NCBI GenBank assembly: GCA_947259585.1
Contig: CAMYMV010000001.1
Coordinates: forward strand, 20,135-84,134
DNA from: an uncultured Gemmatimonadales bacterium
GTDB lineage: Bacteria > Gemmatimonadota > Gemmatimonadetes > Palauibacterales > Palauibacteraceae
Reading direction: 5' to 3'
Length of the DNA: 64,000 bases
In this document: one piece after another, positions 9,429 through 19,057 of the stretch
How positions within the stretch are numbered: position 1 is the stretch's first letter
How the letters are laid out: each line of letters begins with the position of its first letter
The notes under the pieces: generated by a model
What the model was told of the DNA's origin: nothing
Database searches by the model: none
The model's input: the letters and a program-made list of their open reading frames with translations, nothing else
Program-made: the position numbers and the translations under genes

Positions 9429-10838
9429 ATGCCGCGGAACGAGACCATCGCAGAGCTCGGGCTCGACGAGTACGGTTACGACTTCGTGACCGAGGACAAG
9501 CCGGTCTTCAAGTCCCGGAAGGGCTTGGATGAGGAGATCGTGCGCCAGATCTCGGCCCACAAGGAGGAGCCGGCGTGGATGCTGGAGTTCCGGCTGAAGG
9601 CTCTCGAAATCTACGAATCGAAGCCGATGCCGGAGTGGGGTGGCGATCTCGATCAGCTCGATCTGGACGAGATCTACTTCTACGTCCGACCCCAGGACCG
9701 GATGCAGCACTCCTGGGAAGACGTGCCCGATGAGATCAAGGACACGTTCGAGAAGCTCGGGATTCCCGAGGCCGAGCGTAAGGTCCTGGCGGGCGTCGGC
9801 GCCCAATACGAATCGGAGATGGTCTACCACTCGCTCAAGGAGGAGTGGGAGCAGCAGGGGGTGATCTTCGAGTCGATCGAGGACGGGCTCAAGAAGTATC
9901 CCGATCTGTTCAGGGAGTACTTCTCGACGGTCGTGCCGACGGCGGACAACAAGTTCGCGGCGCTGAACTCGGCCGTCTGGTCCGGCGGCTCGTTCGTGTA
10001 CATCCCCGAGGGCGTGAAGGTCGAGATCCCGCTTCAGGCCTACTTCCGCGTGAACGCCGAGCAGATGGGACAGTTCGAGCGTACGCTGATCATCGCCGAC
10101 GAGGGATCCGAGGCCCACTACATCGAGGGGTGCACGGCGCCGGTCTACACGACCGACTCGTTTCACTCGGGCGTGATCGAGATCGTCGTCAAGCCCAACG
10201 CCAGGTTCCGGTATACGACGATCCAGAACTGGTCGAACAACATGTACAACCTCGTCACGCAGCGGGCGCTCGTCGAAGAGGGGGCGTACATGGAGTGGCT
10301 GGACGGGAATCTCGGCTCGAAGCTGACGATGAAGTACCCGTCCTGCTTCCTGGTCGGCGAGGGAGCGCACGGGCAGATCCTGTCGATCGCCTACGCCAGC
10401 GACGGCCAGCACCAGGACACGGGCGGCAAGGTGGTCCACGTCGCGCCCAACACGACCTCGCAGATCACCTCGAAGTCGATCTCCAAGGGAGATGGGCGGG
10501 CGTCCTACCGGGGCCTGCTCAAGGTCTACGAGGGCGCGACCGCCGCGAAATCGAACGTGGAGTGCGACGCGCTCCTGCTGAGCGAGACGTCGCGGACGGA
10601 TACGTACCCGTACATCGAGATCGACGAGGAGACGGCGTCGATCGGCCACGAGGCGACCGTGTCGAAGGTAGGCGACGAGCAGCTGTTCTATCTCACCAGC
10701 CGCGGCATCTCCCAGGAGGAGGCGATGGCCATGGTGGTGCGCGGCTTCATAGAGCCGATCGCCAAGCAGCTTCCGCTCGAGTACGCGATCGAGCTCAACC
10801 GTCTGGTCGAGCTCGAAATGGAAGGCAGCGTCGGGTAA
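9429..10838 (+). CDS. sufB: Fe-S cluster assembly protein SufB
   Basis: 469 aa with a SufB-like sequence throughout (…[12 protein letters not shown]…), directly downstream of sufC. Confidence 0.95.
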   Translation: MPRNETIAELGLDEYGYDFVTEDKPVFKSRKGLDEEIVRQISAHKEEPAWMLEFRLKALEIYESKPMPEWGGDLDQLDLDEIYFYVRPQDRMQHSWEDVPDEIKDTFEKLGIPEAERKVLAGVGAQYESEMVYHSLKEEWEQQGVIFESIEDGLKKYPDLFREYFSTVVPTADNKFAALNSAVWSGGSFVYIPEGVKVEIPLQAYFRVNAEQMGQFERTLIIADEGSEAHYIEGCTAPVYTTDSFHSGVIEIVVKPNARFRYTTIQNWSNNMYNLVTQRALVEEGAYMEWLDGNLGSKLTMKYPSCFLVGEGAHGQILSIAYASDGQHQDTGGKVVHVAPNTTSQITSKSISKGDGRASYRGLLKVYEGATAAKSNVECDALLLSETSRTDTYPYIEIDEETASIGHEATVSKVGDEQLFYLTSRGISQEEAMAMVVRGFIEPIAKQLPLEYAIELNRLVELEMEGSVG

Positions 10839-10875
10839 GCCGGGCGTTGGCGGCGACTGGCGCGATAGAGAGAGG

Positions 10876-12309
10876 GTGGAGAGAGGATACGTGGGGAACG
10901 GAGCGACAAGCGTGAAGATAGATGCGACCGCGGGCGGAGCCGTGAGGGTGGATGACCCGGAACGCGCTCTTGCCGCCATCAACGGGCTGAACGAGCCAGA
11001 GACGCTCAGGCAGGCCCGGCGGCTGGCGCTGGAGCGCTTCCGGAAACTTCCCATGCCGAGCCGAAAGTCGGAGGAGTGGCGGTACACCGACATCGCGAAC
11101 CTCCGTCTCGAGGACTTCGAGCCCGCCATTCCCGGCCTCGACGGTGATCGACCGAAGGGCTCGGAGCCGGGCGGGCTGGACGAGCTGGAATCCGTCCCCG
11201 AGCCGGTACGCGAGGTTCTGGCCCGCTCACGGGAGCGAAGCGGCGTTTGGGTACAGGTGGACGGCGTCACCGTCTACCACCGGCTCGACGACGATCTGGC
11301 CGAGCGCGGTGTCGTCTTCGCGTCGATCTCGACGGTGGCGCGCGAGCGGCCCGATCTGCTCGAGAAGTACCTGTTCACGAGCCCGATTCCGGAGATGGAG
11401 GAGAAGCTCTGGGCGGCTCACGTGGCGCTGCTCTCGGAGGGCTTCGTGCTCCACGTGCCTCGTGGCGTGCGCCTTCCGACGCCGATTCACACGTTCCGCT
11501 GCATCACCAAGCCCGGTACCCTCGTCTCGACGCATTCCCTGGTAGCGGTGGAAGAGGGCGGCGAGGCCACCTGCATCGACGAGTTCATGTCACCCGATCT
11601 GCCCGAGACTTCCATCAACCTGGCCGGCGCGGAGCTCTTCGGCGGCCCCGAGGCGACGCTCCACTACATCGCGCTGCAGCGCTTCGGAACAGGCGTAAAG
11701 CACTTCGGTCTCCAGCACGTCACCTCTCAGCGGGACAGCCGGCTGGCCGGCGTAAACATAAGCCTGGGGGGTGATCTCTCGCGGGCTGACGTGACCAGCC
11801 ACCTGGAGGGATCGGGCAGCGAGAGCGAGATGCTGGCGCTGTGGTTCGGCGATCGGACGCAGCACTTCGACCACCACACCTTGCAGCACCATGCCGCGCC
11901 GAGCGCGCACAGCGACCTCCTGTACAAGGGCGCTCTGACGGATTCGGCGCACAGCGTCTTTCGCGGTCTCATTCGGGTGGAGCCGGAGGGTCAGCTGACG
12001 GACGCGTACCAGACCAACCGCAACCTCATCCTGAGCGAAAAGGCCAGCGCCCGCGCGCTTCCGAACCTCGAGATCAAGGCGGACGACGTCCGGTGCTCTC
12101 ACGGAGCGACGGTGGGCCAGGTGGACTCGAATCAGCTCTTCTACCTCATGAGCCGGGGGCTGAGCCGCCGACAGGCCGAAAGGCTCCTCGTCTTCGGATT
12201 CTTCGACGAGGTGCTGGGACGCATCCCCCTCGAGGGCGTGCGTGACCGGATCCGTGAGGCGATCGAAACGAAGATCGGCATCAGCACGTCGTCGCTGACG
12301 AGCGCCTGA
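10876..12309 (+). CDS. sufD: Fe-S cluster assembly protein SufD
   Basis: SufB/SufD-family C-terminal domain and its position after sufB. The exact start is uncertain. Confidence 0.85.
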   Translation: MERGYVGNGATSVKIDATAGGAVRVDDPERALAAINGLNEPETLRQARRLALERFRKLPMPSRKSEEWRYTDIANLRLEDFEPAIPGLDGDRPKGSEPGGLDELESVPEPVREVLARSRERSGVWVQVDGVTVYHRLDDDLAERGVVFASISTVARERPDLLEKYLFTSPIPEMEEKLWAAHVALLSEGFVLHVPRGVRLPTPIHTFRCITKPGTLVSTHSLVAVEEGGEATCIDEFMSPDLPETSINLAGAELFGGPEATLHYIALQRFGTGVKHFGLQHVTSQRDSRLAGVNISLGGDLSRADVTSHLEGSGSESEMLALWFGDRTQHFDHHTLQHHAAPSAHSDLLYKGALTDSAHSVFRGLIRVEPEGQLTDAYQTNRNLILSEKASARALPNLEIKADDVRCSHGATVGQVDSNQLFYLMSRGLSRRQAERLLVFGFFDEVLGRIPLEGVRDRIREAIETKIGISTSSLTSA

Positions 12310-12312
12310 CCC

Positions 12313-12621
12313 GTGAGTGATTTCACGACCGTGGCCAATCTGGCGGACGTCCCTGAGAACGGCTTGAAGACGGTGCAGGCGGATGGGGCCAACCTGGTCC
12401 TCGTGAAGCGCGACGGACGAGTCTACGCGCTCGAAGACCGCTGTTCCCACGAGGAGTTCCCGCTATCGGCGGGAGAGGTGACCGGCGACCAGATCACCTG
12501 CGCACTACACGGAGCCCGCTTCGACCTCGCATCGGGTACGCCGAAGGCGCTGCCCGCCGTCCTGCCCGTGCGCACGTTCGAGTGCCGCGTAGAGGGCGAC
12601 GAGGTCCAGGTCAGACTCTGA
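12313..12621 (+). CDS. Rieske (2Fe-2S) ferredoxin-like protein
   Basis: CSHEEFPL...CALHGARF is a Rieske CxH...CxxH pair. It is embedded in the suf operon. Confidence 0.85.
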   Translation: MSDFTTVANLADVPENGLKTVQADGANLVLVKRDGRVYALEDRCSHEEFPLSAGEVTGDQITCALHGARFDLASGTPKALPAVLPVRTFECRVEGDEVQVRL

Positions 12622-12641
12622 TCGCGATCGGCGCCGGCTCC

Positions 12642-13892
12642 ATGAAGACCGCGGTGGTCGCACCCCCGTACGATATCGACGCCGTCCGCCAGGACTTCCC
12701 CATCCTGCAGGAGAGGGTCAACGGGCAGCCGCTCGTTTACCTCGACAGCGCGGCCAGCTCACAGCGACCGCGCGCCGTCATCGACGCGATTCGCCAGCAC
12801 TACGAGACCTCCCACGCCAACGTGCACCGCGGTGCTCATGAGCTCAGCGTGCGAGCGACCGAGGCTTACGAGAACGCCCGCTCCTGCGTCGCGGCCCACA
12901 TCGGCGCGGAGGATGCCGCCGAGATCGTCTTCGTGAGAGGAACGACGGAGGCGATCAACCTCGTGGCGGGCAGCCTGGGGAGCACCCGCTTCGGCCCGGG
13001 CGACGAGATCCTGCTCACCAAGATGGAGCACCACTCGAACATCGTCCCCTGGCAGCTCCTGGCGGAGCGCACCGGGGCCACGCTGCGTTTCGTGGACGTC
13101 TCCCCCGAGGGACGGCTCGTGATGGACGATTACGGCCGGATGCTCTCGGAGCGGACGCGGCTGGTCGGTGTCACCCACATCTCCAACAGCCTCGGCGTCA
13201 TCAACCCGGTGAAGGAGATCGCCGCGCTCGCTCACGAGGCCGGCGCCCTCTGCCTCGTGGACGGCGCTCAGGCGGCCCCGCACCTCGCTCTCGACATGGG
13301 CGCCCTGGGATGCGATTTCTACGCTTTCAGCGGCCACAAGATGTGTGGGCCGACCGGGATCGGCGCCCTCTGGGGACGTCGCGCGATTCTCGAAGAGATG
13401 CCGCCCTACCAGGGGGGCGGCGAGATGATCGACTCCGTCACGCTCGAGGGATCCACCTGGGCGCCACTGCCTCACAAGTTCGAAGCGGGCACGCCGAACA
13501 TCGCCGGCGCCGTCGGCCTCGGTGCGGCGATCCGTTATCTGGAGGGCGTCGGTCTGGATGCCATCCGGCGGTACGAGACGGAGCTCGCGGGGTATGCTCT
13601 CGAACGACTCGGCGAGATCGAAGGGCTTCGGATCTACGGACCAGCCGACGGGCGCGTAGGTGTTCTGTCTTTCACGTACCGGGACGTCCACGCTCACGAC
13701 CTGGCGACGATCCTCGATCAGCGAGGCATCGCGATCCGGGCCGGCCATCACTGCAATCAACCGCTCATGGAGCACCTCGGAGTCGATGCGACCGCTCGTG
13801 CCAGCCTCTATCTGTACAACACGCCCCGGGAGGTCGACGCCCTCTGCGAGGCGCTCCACCTCGCCGGCGAGCTCTTCTGCCGCACCCATTGA
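12642..13892 (+). CDS. sufS: cysteine desulfurase SufS (class V aminotransferase)
   Basis: SufS-like sequence with HANVHRG, SGHKMCGPTGIGAL (PLP lysine) and RAGHHC (catalytic Cys loop). The start is taken at the internal ATG at 12642, rather than the track start at 12582 which overlaps the Rieske gene. Confidence 0.9.
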   Translation: MKTAVVAPPYDIDAVRQDFPILQERVNGQPLVYLDSAASSQRPRAVIDAIRQHYETSHANVHRGAHELSVRATEAYENARSCVAAHIGAEDAAEIVFVRGTTEAINLVAGSLGSTRFGPGDEILLTKMEHHSNIVPWQLLAERTGATLRFVDVSPEGRLVMDDYGRMLSERTRLVGVTHISNSLGVINPVKEIAALAHEAGALCLVDGAQAAPHLALDMGALGCDFYAFSGHKMCGPTGIGALWGRRAILEEMPPYQGGGEMIDSVTLEGSTWAPLPHKFEAGTPNIAGAVGLGAAIRYLEGVGLDAIRRYETELAGYALERLGEIEGLRIYGPADGRVGVLSFTYRDVHAHDLATILDQRGIAIRAGHHCNQPLMEHLGVDATARASLYLYNTPREVDALCEALHLAGELFCRTH

Positions 13893-13919
13893 GCGAACGC
13901 TGCCCCTTACGGCGCACTC

Positions 13920-14444
13920 ATGAGTGAACACGCTGACACCCCGGATGGGAAGCCGATCGACCGGTCTATCCCGAGCGCCCTCGCCGATCTGTTTCAAGAG
14001 GTCATCCTGGACCATTACAGACGTCCCAGGAACAAGGGATCGCTCGAGGAGCCCACGCATACCATCACGATGAACAACCCGCTGTGCGGGGACGTCATCG
14101 AGCTGTCGCTCTCCGTAAAGGCCGACCGGATCGACGACGTGCGCTACGAGGGCAGAGGCTGCTCGATCAGCCAGGCCGCCGTCTCCATGATGACCGAGCG
14201 GCTCAAGGGAGCGAAGCTCGGGGAGGCTCGAGCCCTGTCGGAGAAGTTCACCCGTCTTCTCCACGGCGAGGAAGATCTACAACGGGATGAAAAGCTGGGC
14301 GATCTGCGGGCCCTGGCGGGCGTCTCGAAGTTCCCGGTACGGATCAAGTGCGCCCTGCTGGGCTTCAACTGCCTCGATGAGCTGGTCGGAGAGCCCGCGG
14401 CCGGGGATCGCGAGCCCGGAAGCGGGCAGGGAGAGCAGCGGTAG
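13920..14444 (+). CDS. sufU: SufU/IscU-type Fe-S scaffold (SUF system NifU family)
   Basis: NPLCGDVIEL and GRGCSISQAA contain the conserved Cys residues of SufU. Confidence 0.85.
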   Translation: MSEHADTPDGKPIDRSIPSALADLFQEVILDHYRRPRNKGSLEEPTHTITMNNPLCGDVIELSLSVKADRIDDVRYEGRGCSISQAAVSMMTERLKGAKLGEARALSEKFTRLLHGEEDLQRDEKLGDLRALAGVSKFPVRIKCALLGFNCLDELVGEPAAGDREPGSGQGEQR

Positions 14445-14463
14445 TCATCTCCGGAGCCGTCGG

Positions 14464-15369
14464 GTGAGCGCGCAGACCGAGGGCCGCGTGCTCAGGAGTG
14501 CGGGCGGGGTGTATTCGGTGGATTGCGGCGACCGGATCCTCGACTGCGCGGTTCGAGGACGGCTGAAGCTGGACGAGGAACAGATCAACCCGGGAGACTT
14601 CGTGCTCCTGGAGCATCTCTCCGACGGAAGCTGCCGGATCGAAGGCCTCCTGCCCCGCAGCACCAAGCTCTCGCGGCGCGCCGTCGCCGGCAGCCGAGAG
14701 CAGGTGATCGTCGCCAACGTGGATCAGCTGGCCGCGGTCTTCGCGGCGGGGGAGCCCGCGCCCGACTTCCGGCTTCTGGACCGGTTCCTGGTGCTGGCGG
14801 AGTTGAACGAGCTCTCGGCGTTCATCGTCCTCAACAAGACCGACCTCCCGAGCGACGACCGAGCGATGCGCGCCTTCGACGTCTACCGCGAGGCCGGCTA
14901 CGACATCCTCCCGACGAGCGCCCACCGAGGCGACGGCATCTCGGAGCTCAGCCGCCGGCTCGGAGATCACGCGACCGTTTTCGCCGGGCCTTCCGGCGTC
15001 GGCAAGTCCAGCCTCCTCAACCTCCTGCTTCCCGAGCAGGAGCTGAAGGTCCGCGAGGTGAGCAGGAAGCGGGGACGGGGAAGGCATACGACCGTCGGAT
15101 CCACCTTCTACCGGCTACCGGGCGGGGGATACGTCGCGGACACCCCCGGGCTGCAGCTGCTGGTTCTCTGGGACCTGTCGCCGGACGAGCTCGCGGGAGC
15201 GTTTCCGGAGTTCAGCTCGGCGATCGGCGGCTGCCGCTTCAACGACTGCCGTCACGTACTCGAGCCGGATTGCGCGGTGCGTAGCCTCATCGAGGCCGGC
15301 TCGGCGAGCGAAGCGCGCTACGGCAGCTACCGCGCCCTGCTGGATGAGGCCAGGCAGGAAGGTCCGTGA
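14464..15369 (+). CDS. rsgA: ribosome small-subunit biogenesis GTPase RsgA
   Basis: N-terminal OB region followed by a GTPase with FAGPSGVGKSSLLN and the C-terminal zinc-finger motif CRFNDCRH. A GTG start is chosen at 14464; the track ORF start at 14287 would overlap sufU. Confidence 0.8.
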   Translation: MSAQTEGRVLRSAGGVYSVDCGDRILDCAVRGRLKLDEEQINPGDFVLLEHLSDGSCRIEGLLPRSTKLSRRAVAGSREQVIVANVDQLAAVFAAGEPAPDFRLLDRFLVLAELNELSAFIVLNKTDLPSDDRAMRAFDVYREAGYDILPTSAHRGDGISELSRRLGDHATVFAGPSGVGKSSLLNLLLPEQELKVREVSRKRGRGRHTTVGSTFYRLPGGGYVADTPGLQLLVLWDLSPDELAGAFPEFSSAIGGCRFNDCRHVLEPDCAVRSLIEAGSASEARYGSYRALLDEARQEGP

Positions 15370-15980
15370 CCGGGGTGAAAGACTTTTCGGGCTTCCTCCA
15401 GGATCGCTTCTCCGAGTATGAAGCGCGACGCGCGGACCCGCCGGAAGGAACCACGCGAGCCGCCGTGGTTCTTGTGCTCAGGGCCGGTGAGATCCAGCCG
15501 GAGGCTCTCTTCGTGGTGAGGGCCACGCACGAGCGGGACCCATGGTCGGGGCACGTGGCGCTCCCCGGAGGACGCGAAGAGCAGGTGGACCGTGACCTCG
15601 TGGACACGGCGCTTCGGGAGCTTCACGAGGAGACGGGCCTGGACCTGGACAGGAAGGAGATCGTGGGTCGTCTGGACGATCTGCACCCCGTGAGCCGCCA
15701 CATCCCGCGTATCGCGATCAGCCCTTTCGTGGCGTGGCGGCCCCGTCTGGGGGGAGTGCGCCGAAACGCCGAGATCGACGGGCACTTCTGGGTTCCGGTA
15801 TCGGAGCTCGAGACGCCGGCCCGACGCTCCTCTCTTACGCTCCAACGAGACGGAGACACCTTTCGATTCCCTACGATCGAGTTCGGCGGGCACACGGTTT
15901 GGGGACTCACCTACTCGATCATTCAGAACTTCCTCGAGCTTCTGGGAGACGCCGCGGATCGGCCGGCCGCCGGCCCTTGA
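15366..15980 (+). CDS. Nudix hydrolase (CoA pyrophosphatase-like)
   Basis: Nudix box GGREEQVDRDLVDTALRELHEETGL. Confidence 0.8.
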   Translation: MTGVKDFSGFLQDRFSEYEARRADPPEGTTRAAVVLVLRAGEIQPEALFVVRATHERDPWSGHVALPGGREEQVDRDLVDTALRELHEETGLDLDRKEIVGRLDDLHPVSRHIPRIAISPFVAWRPRLGGVRRNAEIDGHFWVPVSELETPARRSSLTLQRDGDTFRFPTIEFGGHTVWGLTYSIIQNFLELLGDAADRPAAGP

Positions 15981-16864
15981 AGGCGCTTATCGCGGGCTGC
16001 GGCTACACGGGCCTTCGCCTGGCAGCGAGACTGCTCGCCGACGGCGTCGAAGTCATCGGCACGATCCGCGAGTCGAGCGGTGCTTCCAGGCTGGAGGCGG
16101 CCGGAATCCGGCCGCTCATCGTCGATGCGGATGACCCGAGATCGACCCTCACGCTCGAGACGGTCGCTCCGCACGTCTGCTTCTTTCTCATCCCTCCCGC
16201 CCCGCTGGAGGAGGATCCGGCCGCCGCTCGTCTCTCCAGGGTCGTGGGGGCGCTTCGTCGAGCGCCGCTCGAGTGCTTCGTCTACGCCAGCAGCACCGGG
16301 GTGTACGGCGATCGAGGCGACGAGACGGTCTCCGAGAGGACCGTACCGCAACCGGCTTCGGCGAAGGGAGAGGCACGGCTCGCCGCCGAGCGCAAGGTAC
16401 TGGAGCTGGGCTGGCGGCTGGATTCCAGGCCTCGCGTCGCGAGAATCGCCGGAATCTACGGGCCTCGGCGGACCCTCGGGCCGGCGATCCGTGAGGGGCG
16501 CTATCAGCTGATCGCCGGACGGGAAAGCTGGTCGAGCCGCGTTCACGTGGACGATCTGGTGACCGCGCTGATCGCCGTCTGGCGAGCCGGCGCGAGCGGA
16601 AGGGTCTACAACGTGTGCGACGACGAGCCGCACCTCTCCTCGGAGTACGCGCGCCTCACCGCTTCCCTGCTCGGCCTGGACCTGCTGGAGATCAGCGAGG
16701 ATGCGGCCAGCTCCCTCTACAATCCCGACCGGCTCGCGCGGGTGCTGGCCAGCCGAAGGGTGTCGAACCGGCGCCTGCGCGGGGAGCTGGGTGTGAGCCT
16801 TGCCTACCCTTCCATCCGGGAGGGCCTTCCGGCGGCGCTTCGGGAGGAGGGCTCGATCAGGTGA
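15977..16864 (+). CDS. NAD-dependent epimerase/dehydratase family protein (SDR)
   Basis: LKALIAGCGYTGLRLAARLLADGVEVIGTIR is a Rossmann-type N-terminus. A TTG start overlaps the Nudix stop (TTGA). Confidence 0.7.
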   Translation: MKALIAGCGYTGLRLAARLLADGVEVIGTIRESSGASRLEAAGIRPLIVDADDPRSTLTLETVAPHVCFFLIPPAPLEEDPAAARLSRVVGALRRAPLECFVYASSTGVYGDRGDETVSERTVPQPASAKGEARLAAERKVLELGWRLDSRPRVARIAGIYGPRRTLGPAIREGRYQLIAGRESWSSRVHVDDLVTALIAVWRAGASGRVYNVCDDEPHLSSEYARLTASLLGLDLLEISEDAASSLYNPDRLARVLASRRVSNRRLRGELGVSLAYPSIREGLPAALREEGSIR

Positions 16865-16942
16865 CGTGATCCGGGTCTGGCGAGCCGACGCCGCCGGACG
16901 AGGCGTCGGACGCAACCGCGGCTCCCGACCTGCAACGGCGGC

Positions 16943-17233
16943 CTAGTCGGTGCTAGCCAGCTCCTCGAGGATCGTCTCGCGGAGCTCGTCGATGATGTCC
17001 GGCCACCCGACGTCATCCTCCTTCGTCACCGTGACGAAGTTGTCCGCCAGGAACAGTGCCCGGACACCACGAACCTGGAAGATCCGCTCCGCCAGCCGGT
17101 CCTCGCCGGGGGCTGGCGGCTCGAAGTAGGAGCGGCCCTCTTCATCGAAGATTGCCCGCTCCACCACGAACTTGGCCGCGTTCGGGTTGGGGGTTCCCGT
17201 TATCCGAATCTTCGGCTCATCGCCGACAGCCAA
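16943..17233 (-). CDS. Nfu/NifU N-terminal-domain Fe-S scaffold-like protein
   Basis: KIRITGTPNPNAAKFVV...FVTVTKEDDVGWPDIIDE matches the Nfu_N domain pattern (TPNPN...FITVTK). The probable TTG start at 17233 is preceded by GGAGGG. Confidence 0.7.
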   Translation of the reverse strand: MAVGDEPKIRITGTPNPNAAKFVVERAIFDEEGRSYFEPPAPGEDRLAERIFQVRGVRALFLADNFVTVTKEDDVGWPDIIDELRETILEELASTD

Positions 17234-17314
17234 GTGTGACCCTCCGGCCCTCGATGGGGCCTCCGCGGTTCGAGATGATCGCTGCAAGTCTTAGGGTAGA
17301 CGACACCTCCGGGA

Positions 17315-18658
17315 TCAGCAAGAGGATAGAAGCGTCGCCTCGCACGCCGCCAGAACCTCGTCCACGCCTTCCACCGCCAGGTCCAGGAGGTCACGCCCGA
17401 TCGCCAGAGGAGGGGACAGCGAGAGGACATCGCCCTCCACTCCCGAGCCGAGGAGAATCCAGCCCCGCTTCAGGCCTTCCACGAGCGCCTTCGCGGTGAT
17501 CCGGTGGCTCGGCACCCTGCCGGCCGGGTCTTCCAGCTGGATGCCTATCATCATGCCTCGCCCACGCACCTCGCGGACCACCGAACGGCCGCTCGCCATC
17601 TCTCGCAGCTCATCGAGCCAGCGCGCACCTTCCTCGCGAGCCCGCTCCGCCAGGCGGAGCTCCTCGATCAAGCCGATCGAAGCGAGGGCGGCGGCGCAGG
17701 AGATCGGGTGGCCCATGAAGGTCGAGGTGTGCATCGCCTCTCCGGCCGACTCGGGCCAGGCGGACATGGCCTCCGCCGACCCGATACAGGCGGATATCGG
17801 CATCCCCCCGGACATGGCTTTGCCGACGCACAACAGGTCGGGAACGACCCCTTCGGCGTCACACGCGAGCCGCGAGCCGGTGCGGCCGAAGCCGGTGAAG
17901 ATCTCGTCCGCGATCAGCAACGCCCCGTGCGCCCGGCAGAGCCGCGCCAGACCGGGAAGGAATCCCGCCGCGGGAAAGATATCCCCCCCGCGGCCGAGCG
18001 CCGGCTCGACGATCACGGCTCCGATCCCGCCTTCGGGCGCCGAGAGAAGCCTCTCCACCTGGTGGAGAGCCGCCGAGGCATCGCCGGCGCCTTCGGCGGG
18101 ATAGGGTGCACGAACGACATTGGGGTTGAGCTGCGCGCGGAACGGCTGGCGAAACAGCGAGCGGTCGGTGACCGAGAGGGCCCCGTACGTGACGCCGTGG
18201 TACGCCCCCGAGAAAGTCAGCCAGCCGGGCCGGCCGGTGTAGAGGGTCGCCGTCTTGAGGGCTATCTCCACGGCTTCGGAGCCCGAGGTACCGAGAACGA
18301 CTCTCGATCCGGGCGGCCCCAGCGCGGCGAGACGCTCGAGCAGCTCTACCCGCGCCTCGGACGGATGCACATCTCCCATCGTGTGCAGCAGCTCCTGGGA
18401 CTGTGACCGGATCGCCTCCTGTATCACCGGATGCCGGTGTCCAGCCGCCGCCACGCCGAACGCCGCCGTCAGGTCCACGTAGCGGTTGCCGTCCGCATCC
18501 CACACGTTGCTTCCCAACGCGGTTCGCCAGAAGACGGGGAAGTCGCGGGAGATGAAGGTGACGTTCCGGGACTCGACGCCCGCCAGTCGGGCAGCGAGCG
18601 CGGCCGATCGGGGTCCGGGAGCGGGACCTGTCAGAAGCGGTGGCTGAGAATTCAGCAT
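17315..18658 (-). CDS. class III (acetylornithine/GABA-type) aminotransferase
   Basis: DEIFTGFGRTGSRLACD...GKAMSGGMPI are class III PLP motifs. The start is taken at the internal ATG (MLNSQPPLL) at 18658; the 150-codon upstream extension in the track ORF is unlikely to be real. Confidence 0.85.
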   Translation of the reverse strand: MLNSQPPLLTGPAPGPRSAALAARLAGVESRNVTFISRDFPVFWRTALGSNVWDADGNRYVDLTAAFGVAAAGHRHPVIQEAIRSQSQELLHTMGDVHPSEARVELLERLAALGPPGSRVVLGTSGSEAVEIALKTATLYTGRPGWLTFSGAYHGVTYGALSVTDRSLFRQPFRAQLNPNVVRAPYPAEGAGDASAALHQVERLLSAPEGGIGAVIVEPALGRGGDIFPAAGFLPGLARLCRAHGALLIADEIFTGFGRTGSRLACDAEGVVPDLLCVGKAMSGGMPISACIGSAEAMSAWPESAGEAMHTSTFMGHPISCAAALASIGLIEELRLAERAREEGARWLDELREMASGRSVVREVRGRGMMIGIQLEDPAGRVPSHRITAKALVEGLKRGWILLGSGVEGDVLSLSPPLAIGRDLLDLAVEGVDEVLAACEATLLSSC

Positions 18659-18710
18659 CGGTCGAGCGGCATCCGGCAGCGACGGAACATGCGCGTTCGA
18701 GTTCCGTTGC

Positions 18711-18920
18711 CTACCAGTTGTAGACGGTCCAGCATGCGCATTCGGGCGACGGGCAGATGAGGCGGACGCGGAACGGGCTCCCATCCGACCGGGGAGCCGG
18801 GTGCTCTTCCACGTGGCGCGCCATGCGCGTGGAGCAAGCGGGACACTCGGGCTCGCCGCCCGCCGTCGGGTGCTCGCGATCCAGCCGCTCGAGCTCGGTG
18901 GCTTGCTCATGCTCGAGCAT
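18711..18920 (-). CDS. small zinc-ribbon protein, hypothetical (about 69 aa)
   Basis: MLEHEQATELERLDREHPTAGGEPECPACSTRMARHVEE...ICPSPECACWTVYNW contains two CxxC pairs. It is the first gene upstream of the aminotransferase on the minus strand. Confidence 0.35.
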   Translation of the reverse strand: MLEHEQATELERLDREHPTAGGEPECPACSTRMARHVEEHPAPRSDGSPFRVRLICPSPECACWTVYNW

Positions 18921-19057
18921 GCGTCCGAGATTGTCGTCCTGTTCCACGCCCTTGTTCCCGCCGATCGGTTGATCTGTCGAGAGGATCGCCCGACGAAGCC
19001 GGCCGATCGCACCCACGGAGAGGATAGGATGCCGACCGCGGGCACCATCACGCCAGC

